A DNA stretch of 64,000 bases from positions 15,530 through 79,529 of the forward strand of contig JABJKG010000001.1 in NCBI GenBank assembly GCA_018660415.1. Reading direction: 5' to 3'. The notes beneath the pieces were generated by a model. The model searched no databases, was not told where the DNA came from, and was given only the letters and a program-made list of their open reading frames with translations. This stretch comes from a bacterium (lineage in GTDB: Bacteria; Babelota; Babeliae; Babelales; UBA12409). This document shows positions 45,099 through 54,697 of the stretch, one piece after another (within the stretch, counting starts at the first letter, position 1; every line of letters begins with the position of its first letter). A program made the position numbers and the translations under genes.

Positions 45099-45734
45099 TT
45101 AATTCGTACCACGTTTAAAAAAAACTAGCTTCCTTTTCTTGGACAAAACTTCATACTCAACCTCGTGAGTCATAAAGGGCTTTACCTTATCGCTCACTTC
45201 CCAACTATCCGATGCCCAGTATACCAAGACCGCGTCTTTGTACAAACTAGAAGGCTTGAACATGAAAATCAACTCTTCTGGCCGTAACGAAGCCCGTGCA
45301 ATAACCATATCAACCTGAAAATCAGTCTTACGTACAAACATCTTCCAATCATACGGATACATTATCACATCACTTAATGATAAGACAGAAGCAACATGCT
45401 CTAAAAATGTCACCCGCTTATGCAAAACCTCAATCAAAACGACCTGCAGGTGAGGAAACGCTATCTTTAGCGGTATAATAGGAAATCCACCACCAGTCCC
45501 AACATCAGCAATAGACTTTAAAGACGCCATATCATAATGCTTTGACAATGCTAATGAATCATCAAAATGCAAGGTTATAATATCTTCCAAAGATGTTAAT
45601 GCCGTAATGTTAAATTTTCTATTCCATTCCTGGAGCAGGTCGGCGTATTGCTGGAACTGCTGAATCTGATGATCCGAAAGAGAATATTTTTGCTGTAAGT
45701 TCTTCCACAGCTGAGAAATACTTAATTTTTCCAA
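45099..45734 (-). CDS. rsmG: 16S rRNA (guanine527-N7)-methyltransferase
   Basis: SAM motif ADVGTGGGFPIIPLKIAFP. 211 aa. Confidence 0.8.
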   Translation of the reverse strand: MEKLSISQLWKNLQQKYSLSDHQIQQFQQYADLLQEWNRKFNITALTSLEDIITLHFDDSLALSKHYDMASLKSIADVGTGGGFPIIPLKIAFPHLQVVLIEVLHKRVTFLEHVASVLSLSDVIMYPYDWKMFVRKTDFQVDMVIARASLRPEELIFMFKPSSLYKDAVLVYWASDSWEVSDKVKPFMTHEVEYEVLSKKRKLVFFKRGTN

Positions 45735-45873
45735 TGCTTATCAATCTTATTTAAATAAAAACATGAACTAATCATCATTATACACCCATTTATATCAATT
45801 GTTTAGATTAAATCATTGCTTTAGGTTATTCAATTGCTTTATATTGAGAAATATACAAAGGGGGATGTATTTA

Positions 45874-46587
45874 ATGAATAAAATGAATAAAATAATCATG
45901 CTTTTTTTGGCAGTAGGTGTTTCAAGCCTATCAGCTATTAAAAAATCTGACCATGTCGTTACATTTTTTGTAGAAAATTACCCGGAAGTCCATCCAACTC
46001 AAGCTATACAGCCATCAATGTTCGCCCCGGGAAAAATTTATAAGAACATGGCTCAATCAATGATCAAAGATTTAGGAACTATTGGTGTTTTTGCTACCTA
46101 TGGTGGTTTTCTAGCACACACTAATCAAAACGGACAAATCATCTTCCCACGAAAAACCCAAAAACCTAATTTTGATCTGTTTATTACTAACGAAATTCAA
46201 CCCTACCTCATGGCTGGGACCACTAATGTTAGATACTGGACCATTGACAATGACGCACAAGCTGCCCGCTTTAAGGTTCAACGCCAAGAGGACCCTAAAA
46301 CAGGCCTATATTACTGGCAAGTAACTAAAGGTGTCGTACCCAAAACTAAAATTATTCCATTGCATTCTATTGTGGTCTTTGCAAAGCCTAAAAACATCTA
46401 TATCCCCCAAGGCATAACTTTAACTAACGATAACTCACAGTTTATCTTGCCTACCATTTATGCTAAACCTCAGTTGGATGATGTTAAAAACGCTTTATTT
46501 GTAATGAACCTTAAAATTTTCTTCCAGCCATTACATCCGAAATTCAAACAAGACAAGCTTGCCATCTCACAAATGATGCAACCATAA
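45874..46587 (+). CDS. Hypothetical secreted protein
   Basis: Signal MNKMNKIIMLFLAVGVSSLSA after an AAGGGGG RBS. The track start at 45799 is TTG. Confidence 0.45.
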   Translation: MNKMNKIIMLFLAVGVSSLSAIKKSDHVVTFFVENYPEVHPTQAIQPSMFAPGKIYKNMAQSMIKDLGTIGVFATYGGFLAHTNQNGQIIFPRKTQKPNFDLFITNEIQPYLMAGTTNVRYWTIDNDAQAARFKVQRQEDPKTGLYYWQVTKGVVPKTKIIPLHSIVVFAKPKNIYIPQGITLTNDNSQFILPTIYAKPQLDDVKNALFVMNLKIFFQPLHPKFKQDKLAISQMMQP

Positions 46588-46601
46588 AAAAGGTAAAAAT
46601 T

Positions 46602-47243
46602 ATGAAGTTACAAGTTTCTTTTGATATGAAAGATATTGATAAAGCACTGGATATAGCAAAACAAATAGAACCGTATGTCGATATTTTTGAAATTGGTTCA
46701 CTCCTGATTGACGCTCATGGAGCAAACGTAGTACAACAATTCCGCACCGCCTTTCCAAATAAAACTCTTTTGGCTGATACCAAGATAGTTGATCGTGGTA
46801 ATGAAACTGCAACCCTGTTTTATAATGCCGGTGCTGACTGGGTTACCGTCATGGCCGGCACAAGCGATGAAGTTATTGCGTCCGTATGTCAGGCTGGCGA
46901 CACTGCAGGAAATAAAAAGGTTATGCTCGATTTAATAGATTCAGATTCCTACGCACAATCCGCCCTTGATGCACAAAACCTGGGCGTGGATGCTATCATG
47001 TATCATATGGCACATGATGACCTGGGAAACCAAACTGATTTCTTTATTGATACATGGGAACTTGTCCGAGAAAACACTAAGCTACCTATCTTTATCGCTC
47101 CTCGTAATAACCTTGATGATCTAGAAGAAACAATTTTACAACGACGACCTGCTGGACTCATCATTGGTAGCGCCATTTGTAAGGCTGACGACCCTGCAAA
47201 AGTAGCAAAACATTTTGCACAATTAATCAAAAAGAAAGATTAG
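46602..47243 (+). CDS. 3-hexulose-6-phosphate synthase / KGPDC-family (OMP-decarboxylase fold) enzyme
   Basis: MKLQVSFDMKDIDKALDIAKQIEPYVDIFEIGSLLI...LADTKIVDRGNETA...GADWVTVMAG, closely following the HPS/UlaD pattern. Confidence 0.65.
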   Translation: MKLQVSFDMKDIDKALDIAKQIEPYVDIFEIGSLLIDAHGANVVQQFRTAFPNKTLLADTKIVDRGNETATLFYNAGADWVTVMAGTSDEVIASVCQAGDTAGNKKVMLDLIDSDSYAQSALDAQNLGVDAIMYHMAHDDLGNQTDFFIDTWELVRENTKLPIFIAPRNNLDDLEETILQRRPAGLIIGSAICKADDPAKVAKHFAQLIKKKD

Positions 47244-48631
47244 AGCTCGTCCTCTTCCTCTGCCAAACCTAATCCAACGACCTGAGCATGCCTGTTTGAA
47301 AAAGTGGATTTTTTACTCCATTCACCAAAGCTATCGCCTACAACAGCCTTGCACTCATCCTCATCATCACTAACCAACCCAGGATATCCTTGATGCCCAT
47401 CACCATCATCATAAACATGATATGGAGCATAAAACCTTGGAATAAACCTCATCAACCAAGGCCTGGTGTTATTATGGCCAACCTTTTTAGGCTTTGAATG
47501 TCGCAACACAAGATCACCCTCATCGCCCCCTTCCTCATCATCACGAACTTCCTCTTCAGAATGCTGTTCTTCATCATCATCAGGATATGGAACTTGCGGC
47601 CACAGATCCCGTGGATACAAAACCCTTCTCCAAAGTGACCGTGTATCTTTAGGCATTCCTTGGAAGGGATCATCGGAATAGTTTGCTTTTTGCTTTGGAG
47701 GCTCACACATACGACGCCAATGTTTTAAATCTTTCTCCCATCCATTCCTTACAAAAACGGCTCTTTCTTCCTCACCAACCAGAGCACCTGCATCATGTAA
47801 TAGCTGAGCAGTCTTCTTTTGCCTAGCTTGTAATGCCAGTAATAGCGCAGATATTTCTAAAGGAGTCCCTATATTAACATCAATATCTGGAGATTGTAAA
47901 AGCGTCCGTACTACCTTGCTACCCTTTTCTCCTGCAGCATTAACAAGCGGTGGACGGCCATGTATATCCCGAGCATTTATAGTACCTTCCGATGCTAATA
48001 AAGAAAGTACACCAGTCTGACGAGACTCAATAGCATAAGATAAAGCTGAACGTCCAACAGCGTCAAAAGCATCGAGCTGAGCATCATGAGCCTTTAACCA
48101 TTCAATCATTGAAATATCACCTCGTTGTGCAGCCACCATAAGAGGAGTTACTCCACTATCAGGATGAGGCTGATTAGGATCTGCACCCGAATTTACAAGA
48201 AAAGTTAAAATTGACAGGTCCCCCGCTTCCGCTGCATATACACTCGGTGGCTTAAGATGATACTTTGCTTTAGCACCACGTAAAAGCAATTCATTAACCC
48301 GCTTTCCATCTTTGCCCTCAACGGCACTAATAAGCTCTTCATCAATATTTTCAGGATGTAAGTAAGTATTAAGACTTTCCAAAAACTTAGGTAAAGAAAC
48401 ATAGGCCGCTGGATTAAAATAACTCAAGCACGTCCCACCAAAAGATCCCAAACCACTACCACCCCATTTGCACACACCATACAAGTACTTGCCCGAGTTG
48501 ACGGTAGATCCACTCGTCCAAGCCCAACTACTCCACAATTTCGCGCTTGTATAAGCATAATAGGATTGATCCTGCGCCGATGATCCCATGCATACGAAAA
48601 AAACTAATGCTATTAACCTGATGTATCTCAT
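47240..48631 (-). CDS. Secreted ankyrin-repeat protein with acidic C-terminal region
   Basis: Signal MRYIRLIALVFFVCMGSSA. ANK units (GVTPLMVAAQRGDISMIEWLKAHDAQLD ...). Asp/Glu-rich tail. Confidence 0.8.
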   Translation of the reverse strand: MRYIRLIALVFFVCMGSSAQDQSYYAYTSAKLWSSWAWTSGSTVNSGKYLYGVCKWGGSGLGSFGGTCLSYFNPAAYVSLPKFLESLNTYLHPENIDEELISAVEGKDGKRVNELLLRGAKAKYHLKPPSVYAAEAGDLSILTFLVNSGADPNQPHPDSGVTPLMVAAQRGDISMIEWLKAHDAQLDAFDAVGRSALSYAIESRQTGVLSLLASEGTINARDIHGRPPLVNAAGEKGSKVVRTLLQSPDIDVNIGTPLEISALLLALQARQKKTAQLLHDAGALVGEEERAVFVRNGWEKDLKHWRRMCEPPKQKANYSDDPFQGMPKDTRSLWRRVLYPRDLWPQVPYPDDDEEQHSEEEVRDDEEGGDEGDLVLRHSKPKKVGHNNTRPWLMRFIPRFYAPYHVYDDGDGHQGYPGLVSDDEDECKAVVGDSFGEWSKKSTFSNRHAQVVGLGLAEEEDEL

Positions 48632-48640
48632 ATTTCTCCG

Positions 48641-50389
48641 TTATTTTTTCTTTATCTTTTGATCCTCAAACAAACGATTCAACTCGGTTACCGTTGTTGC
48701 CTCATTGGAAGACTTGTCTGGACGATACCCCATGAACCGCGGAAAGCGTAGCGCTAAGCCCAGCTCATTGGCAGACTTACCAGCTGCATGTATAGGCGAG
48801 CGAGTAATCTCGTCAGCACGGACCAGACATACAATCTCTGGATTAACCCATACGTCCGGATATAAATCCTTTGCACATTCGACCTGGACTGGCTTATCAA
48901 TAACCTTGATCGCTTCACACTTCTTTTTTAACTCGATCCATTCATCATCCTTCATCCCAGTACCAATCTTGGCCACCGTTTCAAAGATGTCTTTCTTCTT
49001 GTTATACACACCAACCAAAAAAGCCCCCACACCAAACGAAGCACGCTTACCTTGGCCAGTGTAGTAACCGAGAATAACACAATCTATAGTATCTTCAAGG
49101 CTACCTGTTTCCTGGCGCTTGAGCTTAATCCAATTAAAATTTCGCTTGCCTGGTTGATAGTGAGAGTTAGGTTTTTTAACAACCACCCCTTCAAGACCAT
49201 CACCAATCTGATCATTAAAGTAATCTTCAAGCTGCTTGGCCTCTTCAATAGGGACCTCTTCAATCAACTTGATCACATCACTCTTAAACCCAGAAAACAG
49301 TTTCCTTAACTCCGCACGACGCGTCTTTAAGCTCTTATCCAAATAAGACTCACCATTGAAGTATAATAAATCAAAAATATAAACCTGCAGTGGCAACTCA
49401 CTCACTATTTGATCGATGCCATGCTTACGCTTCCTTTTCACTGTTTCTTGAAATGAAACAAAGTTACCCGTATTAGGATCAAATACAATCGCCTCACCCT
49501 CACAGATCATAGTCTCAACTGGAATTCCCTCAAACGCAGCTACCAAGTCAGGAAACATCTGCGACATATCCGTCAGGTTGCGCGAAAAGAATTCAATCTT
49601 AGGCTTCTTATGTGTTTTATCAATATGGATTTGCAATCTAAAGCCATCAAGCTTAGGCTCTACGACACAAGAACCTAATTTCTCAACAATGTCTTTTGCT
49701 GTTGGCAATCGTTCTGCAGCAGACGGCCTGATAGGGATACCGATTGAGATATGCATCGCCTTGATCCCTTCTAAACCATCCTTCTTGGCAACGTATGCAA
49801 TATTACCAATATCGGCACACACGTTATAAGCGTGCTCTAGTGCCCCACGCTCGGATTTATTGCCAACTAACATCCACGACAGCGCGTCAATGATAGTCAT
49901 GTCAGAAAAACCAAGACGCAAGGTTCCAGTCAAAATACGAATAACATACTTTCCAGAATCAGGAGCAAGGTGCTTAACCAGGTCCAGTACTTGCTTGAGC
50001 TTAGTATCCTGGGAACCAGCTCCACCGGTTTCACACAAGTTCTGTAAGTTTTTATAGATCTGTAAGACGGTAGGGTCTTCTCGCTCAGCTTGCCATTCAC
50101 CTTGAGCAAGGACGGACCCAAGGTCGCCAAGTGAATCTAAACGGTTCTTAACCGTCGCTTCAGTTACATCTAATAACTGAGCAATAACTTTTAGAGCACT
50201 TTTCTTTGCAAAATTAAATTGTAACGTAATATACGGCGGTGCTAGCTTACCCAATGCGAAGTATGCAATAACTTTTGCTTCTTCTGGGGAGGCTTCTTCG
50301 AACAACTGACTAAGCAGCTTAGTCATCTCGATACGAGAACCCACTTCTTCTATTTGATTAAAGTATTCTGCAAGTTTACTGAATTTCAT
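48641..50389 (-). CDS. lig: ATP-dependent DNA ligase (three-domain Lig1-like)
   Basis: Adenylation motif I EPKLDGFRLQIH, later EGVVVK and WIKLK. 582 aa with an N-terminal DNA-binding-domain-length extension. Confidence 0.85.
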   Translation of the reverse strand: MKFSKLAEYFNQIEEVGSRIEMTKLLSQLFEEASPEEAKVIAYFALGKLAPPYITLQFNFAKKSALKVIAQLLDVTEATVKNRLDSLGDLGSVLAQGEWQAEREDPTVLQIYKNLQNLCETGGAGSQDTKLKQVLDLVKHLAPDSGKYVIRILTGTLRLGFSDMTIIDALSWMLVGNKSERGALEHAYNVCADIGNIAYVAKKDGLEGIKAMHISIGIPIRPSAAERLPTAKDIVEKLGSCVVEPKLDGFRLQIHIDKTHKKPKIEFFSRNLTDMSQMFPDLVAAFEGIPVETMICEGEAIVFDPNTGNFVSFQETVKRKRKHGIDQIVSELPLQVYIFDLLYFNGESYLDKSLKTRRAELRKLFSGFKSDVIKLIEEVPIEEAKQLEDYFNDQIGDGLEGVVVKKPNSHYQPGKRNFNWIKLKRQETGSLEDTIDCVILGYYTGQGKRASFGVGAFLVGVYNKKKDIFETVAKIGTGMKDDEWIELKKKCEAIKVIDKPVQVECAKDLYPDVWVNPEIVCLVRADEITRSPIHAAGKSANELGLALRFPRFMGYRPDKSSNEATTVTELNRLFEDQKIKKK

Positions 50390-50473
50390 TATTAACTCTT
50401 TCCCCTCAATAATTTATTTGTTAGTAACTATTCTACTACAAATCAAAAAAAGGGTAATCAAATCCAGGAAAAA

Positions 50474-51064
50474 TTAAGCAAGCGTTTTAAGCTTTTCCAA
50501 AGTGTTTTGGTAGTACTTGAACGCTGAATAAAAAGAAAAAAACATGGTAGCGACAAGAAGTAATACTTCCAACAAGGTCCAGAGGTAACCACCATACACC
50601 CCAATCCAACGATATGGATTAAGAATAATTACCACGAGTAAAATCCCTTGAAAGGTTGTCTTGAGTCTTCCTAGCATAGAAACGTTGACGATGTGTCGCT
50701 GTTGAGCTGCAAAAGCTCGCAATCCATTCATTGCAAATTCACGACCAATCAGCAAGATGGCCCACATAAAATAAAACTTTTGAACAGCTACCAAAGTGAT
50801 AAACATAGCACTCATGAATAACTTATCCGCTATAGGATCTAGCAGCTTTCCTAATGATGTCACCTGGCTATACTTACGAGCCAAGTACCCATCTAAAAAA
50901 TCTGTTAGGCAAACAAAGGCGCACAATGAAGCTAGGATAATATGAGTAATAAAACTCTGGGAAGGGAATAAGTAATAGATTAGAAATGGTAAAAGCAAAG
51001 GAGCAATAGCTAATCGTGTTAATGTAAGGATTAAAGGAATATTCAACCTACGAACAAGATGCAT
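50474..51064 (-). CDS. pgsA: CDP-diacylglycerol--glycerol-3-phosphate 3-phosphatidyltransferase
   Basis: CDP-alcohol phosphatidyltransferase motif DFLDGYLARKYSQVTSLGKLLDPIADKL. Confidence 0.8.
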   Translation of the reverse strand: MHLVRRLNIPLILTLTRLAIAPLLLPFLIYYLFPSQSFITHIILASLCAFVCLTDFLDGYLARKYSQVTSLGKLLDPIADKLFMSAMFITLVAVQKFYFMWAILLIGREFAMNGLRAFAAQQRHIVNVSMLGRLKTTFQGILLVVIILNPYRWIGVYGGYLWTLLEVLLLVATMFFSFYSAFKYYQNTLEKLKTLA

Positions 51065-51091
51065 TAGTCAGCCTTTGCGTTTAACAATTTC

Positions 51092-51168
51092 TGGTAGCGG
51101 CGCAGGGACTCGAACCCCGGACCTACGGATTATGATTCCGCCGCTCTAACCAGCTGAGCTACGCCGCC
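51092..51168 (-). tRNA. tRNA with CAT anticodon (elongator Met or Ile2; not initiator-like)
   Basis: Hand-folded 77-nt cloverleaf, loop ATCATAA. It has G1-U72 and lacks the three G-C pairs at the base of the anticodon stem. Confidence 0.85.
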
Positions 51169-51190
51169 AAAAGTACTTATTAAAAGGATA

Positions 51191-52765
51191 CTAAATACTA
51201 ATGTTTTGTACATCTTTTTTAGCAAGTATGCAGTCAAACATTGATCGTAAGAAGAAGAATCCTGTGATAAGTGTAGAAACAATACCAATCATCATGGTAA
51301 TCGCAAACCCACGGATAGGACCTGTACCAAATTTATATAGAACAATTCCCACAATAAAGGTGGTTATGTTACCATCCAAGATAACCTCGGCAGCATTGGC
51401 AAACCCCATCTTAACAGCTTTTCTCACAGACTCACCATCAGCGAGTAACTCTTTAATTCTTTCATAAATAAGAATGGAAGCATCAATCGCCATACCAGTA
51501 GTAAGTACCATACCTGCAATACCAGGCAATGTTAATGCTGCACCAAACCAGGAAAGAGCCAACAATACAAGGATCAAGTTGTAGATCAATGCAAAGAAAG
51601 CAAACAACCCTGAAAGCTTATAATAAAAAATACTGAATATTAAGAGCATTCCTAGACCTACCAAGCAAGCTAGTAAACCACTCATGATTGAATCATACCC
51701 TAAAGAAGGACCAACTCGGCGTTCTTCTTCAAAAGTAACTGGTGCTACAAATGCACCGGACTTAAGCATCAATGATAATTCTTTAGCTTCTTTATCACCA
51801 AACTGGCCAGTAATTTCACCATTGGTAGTAATTTCACTTGATATGTTTGGTGCTGATAAAACCTTACCATCAACCAATATCGCTAATCTTCTATTAATAT
51901 TGTTACGAGTAAGATCACCAAATCGCTCTCCACCTTCTCGGGAAAGAGTAAAGCTCACACCCCATCCTGGACGACCCATGCTTTGAGACATGGTAGGAGT
52001 AGCATCTTTTAAATGACGACCTGTCACTTCAGAATAATCTTGTAATAAATAGTACTCTCCACGCTCAGTGCTACGTGACTTGCTTGCATAAATAGAGCTT
52101 CCTTCTGGAACTTCTCCATCAAGCATATCCAAAAGATCTTCTTTGTTAGAAGCAATTGCAGGACGATCACCGATATAATCAACTAACTTAAACTCAAGAA
52201 GAGCTGGAGTTCCGATCATTTTCTTTGCACGAACAGGATCTTGAACATCTGGCAACTCAATAATAATATTTCTTTCACCACGACGAGCAATAGTTATTTC
52301 TTCAACTCCAAGAGAGTTAAGGCGGGTTCGTAGTACATCAACAGTACCTTCTACAGCCCATTTTTCAATTGCTTTAATTTTTTCATCAGCCAAGGTAACA
52401 ATAACGGTTGATCCATCAACACGAGAAAAGAAATCTGTTTCATCACCAAATTCACGTTGAGCACTCAATGCAGCTTGTGCATTTTCAAAAGTAAAAACGA
52501 TTGCATGCTTATCTGCCTTACTTGAGATAGGCATTGGCAAATCACCACGCTTTAATTGTCGGTTGAGAGTGCTGGATAAGGATAGCAGTTCATTATGAAC
52601 TGCCTTGTTAGCTTCAACACCCAATGTGATATAGGTACCACCTACTAAGTCAATACCAAACTTTAAACGCTCACGAGGAGGATAAAGAAAGTAACATGCT
52701 ACAACGCCAAAAAGTAACCATAAAACAAAGCTCGAGCAAGATAGTCTGCTAACTGAAAGGTTCAT
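51191..52765 (-). CDS. secD: Protein translocase subunit SecD
   Basis: N-terminal TM segment, large periplasmic domain, FGIDLVGGTYITL, and a C-terminal five-TM bundle with GIAGMVLTTGMAIDASILIYERI. Confidence 0.85.
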   Translation of the reverse strand: MNLSVSRLSCSSFVLWLLFGVVACYFLYPPRERLKFGIDLVGGTYITLGVEANKAVHNELLSLSSTLNRQLKRGDLPMPISSKADKHAIVFTFENAQAALSAQREFGDETDFFSRVDGSTVIVTLADEKIKAIEKWAVEGTVDVLRTRLNSLGVEEITIARRGERNIIIELPDVQDPVRAKKMIGTPALLEFKLVDYIGDRPAIASNKEDLLDMLDGEVPEGSSIYASKSRSTERGEYYLLQDYSEVTGRHLKDATPTMSQSMGRPGWGVSFTLSREGGERFGDLTRNNINRRLAILVDGKVLSAPNISSEITTNGEITGQFGDKEAKELSLMLKSGAFVAPVTFEEERRVGPSLGYDSIMSGLLACLVGLGMLLIFSIFYYKLSGLFAFFALIYNLILVLLALSWFGAALTLPGIAGMVLTTGMAIDASILIYERIKELLADGESVRKAVKMGFANAAEVILDGNITTFIVGIVLYKFGTGPIRGFAITMMIGIVSTLITGFFFLRSMFDCILAKKDVQNISI

Positions 52766-52787
52766 TAAACTATTCTCCGTGTTATTT

Positions 52788-52874
52788 TGGTGCCGAAGAG
52801 GGGACTCGAACCCCTATAGGATTTCTCCTACAGCGCCCTTAACGCTGCGTGTCTACCAGTTTCACCACCTCGGC
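52788..52874 (-). tRNA. tRNA-Leu, class II long variable arm, anticodon AAG
   Basis: Hand-folded 87 nt: GCCGAGG acceptor, stem CAGCG/CGCTG, loop TTAAGGG (positions 34-36 = AAG), variable arm TAGGAGAAATCCTAT. Confidence 0.8.
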
Positions 52875-53001
52875 AATACCATACTAATTTTTAAGAAGAT
52901 TTATAGAAAAGGTATCATAAAGAATATGACTTAGCAAACTTTTATGCCTACCAAATCGAACTTTCCACCCTGAAAAATGGATGAATTAACTCTTCAAAGA
53001 A

Positions 53002-53033
53002 AAAGTCCCCTAGATTTAATCTCAGGGGACTTT
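53002..53033 (-). terminator. Rho-independent terminator
   Basis: Stem AAAGTCCCCT / AGGGGACTTT, followed on the minus strand by a T-rich tract (TTCTTTG), just downstream of the 53056 stop. Confidence 0.5.
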
Positions 53034-53055
53034 GAAGTTCTTTAATAAGTCTGAC

Positions 53056-54219
53056 TTACCAAAACTTAATCATGCTAATGATTTTGCTGAAAAAGCCTCC
53101 CACAGCTGTAAAGATGCCTATGAAAAAGCCACTGATTGCATTCCAAATACTGCCAACAAAACCGCCGGCTGCTTTTTTCTTCTTCTTGGCTGCTGCCTTA
53201 GCTTTTGCTAGTCGTTCTCGTTCCTCTTCTTCCTGACGCTCTTTTTCAACTTCCTCGTCAGTTTTTTTGAACTTAACCATTTCAGCCTTAAGATCGACAC
53301 CGCTTGCTGTAAGCGCTTCTATAGAAGAAGAAATCTTACTGAGTTGTTCCCCAACCTTGTTAGCGTTAGCTACAACGGAACTCCATAAACCATGGTTGAT
53401 ATAATCGGCAACCTTTTGAACACTCGTATAATAACCATGCACTTGATAGAAAAGCTTGTGTGCTTCAACATGATCTAATATTTGACCAATCTTTTTAAAG
53501 TCATTCCAGGCTTTATTTTCATAATCACGAGATATTTTAATCTGTTGAGAAACCTTCTTAACAGCTCCTTGAACGGTATCGTCCAGTTCGCCTACTGCTT
53601 TTAAATCAAGTTCAAGCTGTTTAATCTTCTCTTGCTTCTCTTTGAGCTCACGTAAGAACTCGCGTTCAGGCTCACTCAAATCTCCACGCTCTTTACGCTC
53701 TTTTTCAATATCAGCATTCAAACTTTTTAAAAGTTCAATCAGTTCGCCCTGCTCAACACCTATAGTAGTAAACGCTGTGTCCACTTTCTTTTCAATATCA
53801 GCACTCTTATCAATGTACTCCATTTGTTTTTTCAACAAGGAATCATTGATGTTTCTAATTTTTTCAAATGTGGTTTGCGCCTCTTCCCAGTATTGCTTTT
53901 TTAAAACCCAGTTTCCTGATGCTTTATTTTCAGTATCAAGACCAGTCGTTTTAATACCAGGCGCCTCTTGAGCCACTACTGGTGTAGGCGGTTGAACTGG
54001 CGCCTTAGCAACAGGCTTAGACGTTACAGGACTTTTTGGTACGGTATGAACTGATGGCTTAGATGCTGGCGGTGTTGCCACCTTAGTTACCGGTGATTTT
54101 GACTTTGCAGCCTTCTTTTTGGTAACACTCGCAGCATCAATAGTTGTATTAACTACAAGACTAACAACTGAAAGCACCATTAATGACTTAATTGTTTTCT
54201 TTCCAACACCAAGATTCAT
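53056..54219 (-). CDS. Hypothetical secreted Pro/Lys-rich coiled-coil protein with C-terminal hydrophobic tail
   Basis: Signal/TM segment, PVTSKPVAKAPVQPPTP repeats, long charged helices, and the C-terminus GFFIGIFTAVGGFF. The ATG at 54219 follows AAGGA. Confidence 0.5.
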   Translation of the reverse strand: MNLGVGKKTIKSLMVLSVVSLVVNTTIDAASVTKKKAAKSKSPVTKVATPPASKPSVHTVPKSPVTSKPVAKAPVQPPTPVVAQEAPGIKTTGLDTENKASGNWVLKKQYWEEAQTTFEKIRNINDSLLKKQMEYIDKSADIEKKVDTAFTTIGVEQGELIELLKSLNADIEKERKERGDLSEPEREFLRELKEKQEKIKQLELDLKAVGELDDTVQGAVKKVSQQIKISRDYENKAWNDFKKIGQILDHVEAHKLFYQVHGYYTSVQKVADYINHGLWSSVVANANKVGEQLSKISSSIEALTASGVDLKAEMVKFKKTDEEVEKERQEEEERERLAKAKAAAKKKKKAAGGFVGSIWNAISGFFIGIFTAVGGFFSKIISMIKFW

Positions 54220-54232
54220 ACCCAATCCTTTT

Positions 54233-54697
54233 TTATAGGATCCGTGCCAAGTCTTTTAACTCATTTTGTAAGCCATTCAATAATTCTTCAGCTTCCCATG
54301 AGGTATAACTCCAACGCACTCCTGCATCAACACGAGTTAGCACAGATCGATCACATTTTATGTCTATAATATCAATGCGAACCACATTCATCAATGGATG
54401 AACTTCAGATGGTGCTCTAACCACCCCAGCACGCCCTAAAACACTATAAGCCACATTGTTCTCATCCATGAAACAAATCATGACTTTTTTCTGCCAAACC
54501 ATATTGTGATAACCTGTATGATCTTTATGAATAGAAATTAAGATACTTTCTAACCCTTTGGGATACACGGTGGAAATAGGTGTTGTGTGAGGTAATCCTT
54601 TTTCAGAAAAGGTTGCTAAAGTGCCAACTGTCTTCCCTTGCTTCAAAACTTCTACGAGATCTTCCGGTAACTTTACACCAACATGTTTTGCTGCCAT
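54233..54697 (-). CDS. Pyridoxamine 5'-phosphate oxidase-like (split-barrel flavin-binding) protein
   Basis: Size and N-terminal pattern LPEDLVEVLKQGKTVGTLATFSEKGLPHTTPIS. Assigned by eye. Confidence 0.45.
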   Translation of the reverse strand: MAAKHVGVKLPEDLVEVLKQGKTVGTLATFSEKGLPHTTPISTVYPKGLESILISIHKDHTGYHNMVWQKKVMICFMDENNVAYSVLGRAGVVRAPSEVHPLMNVVRIDIIDIKCDRSVLTRVDAGVRWSYTSWEAEELLNGLQNELKDLARIL

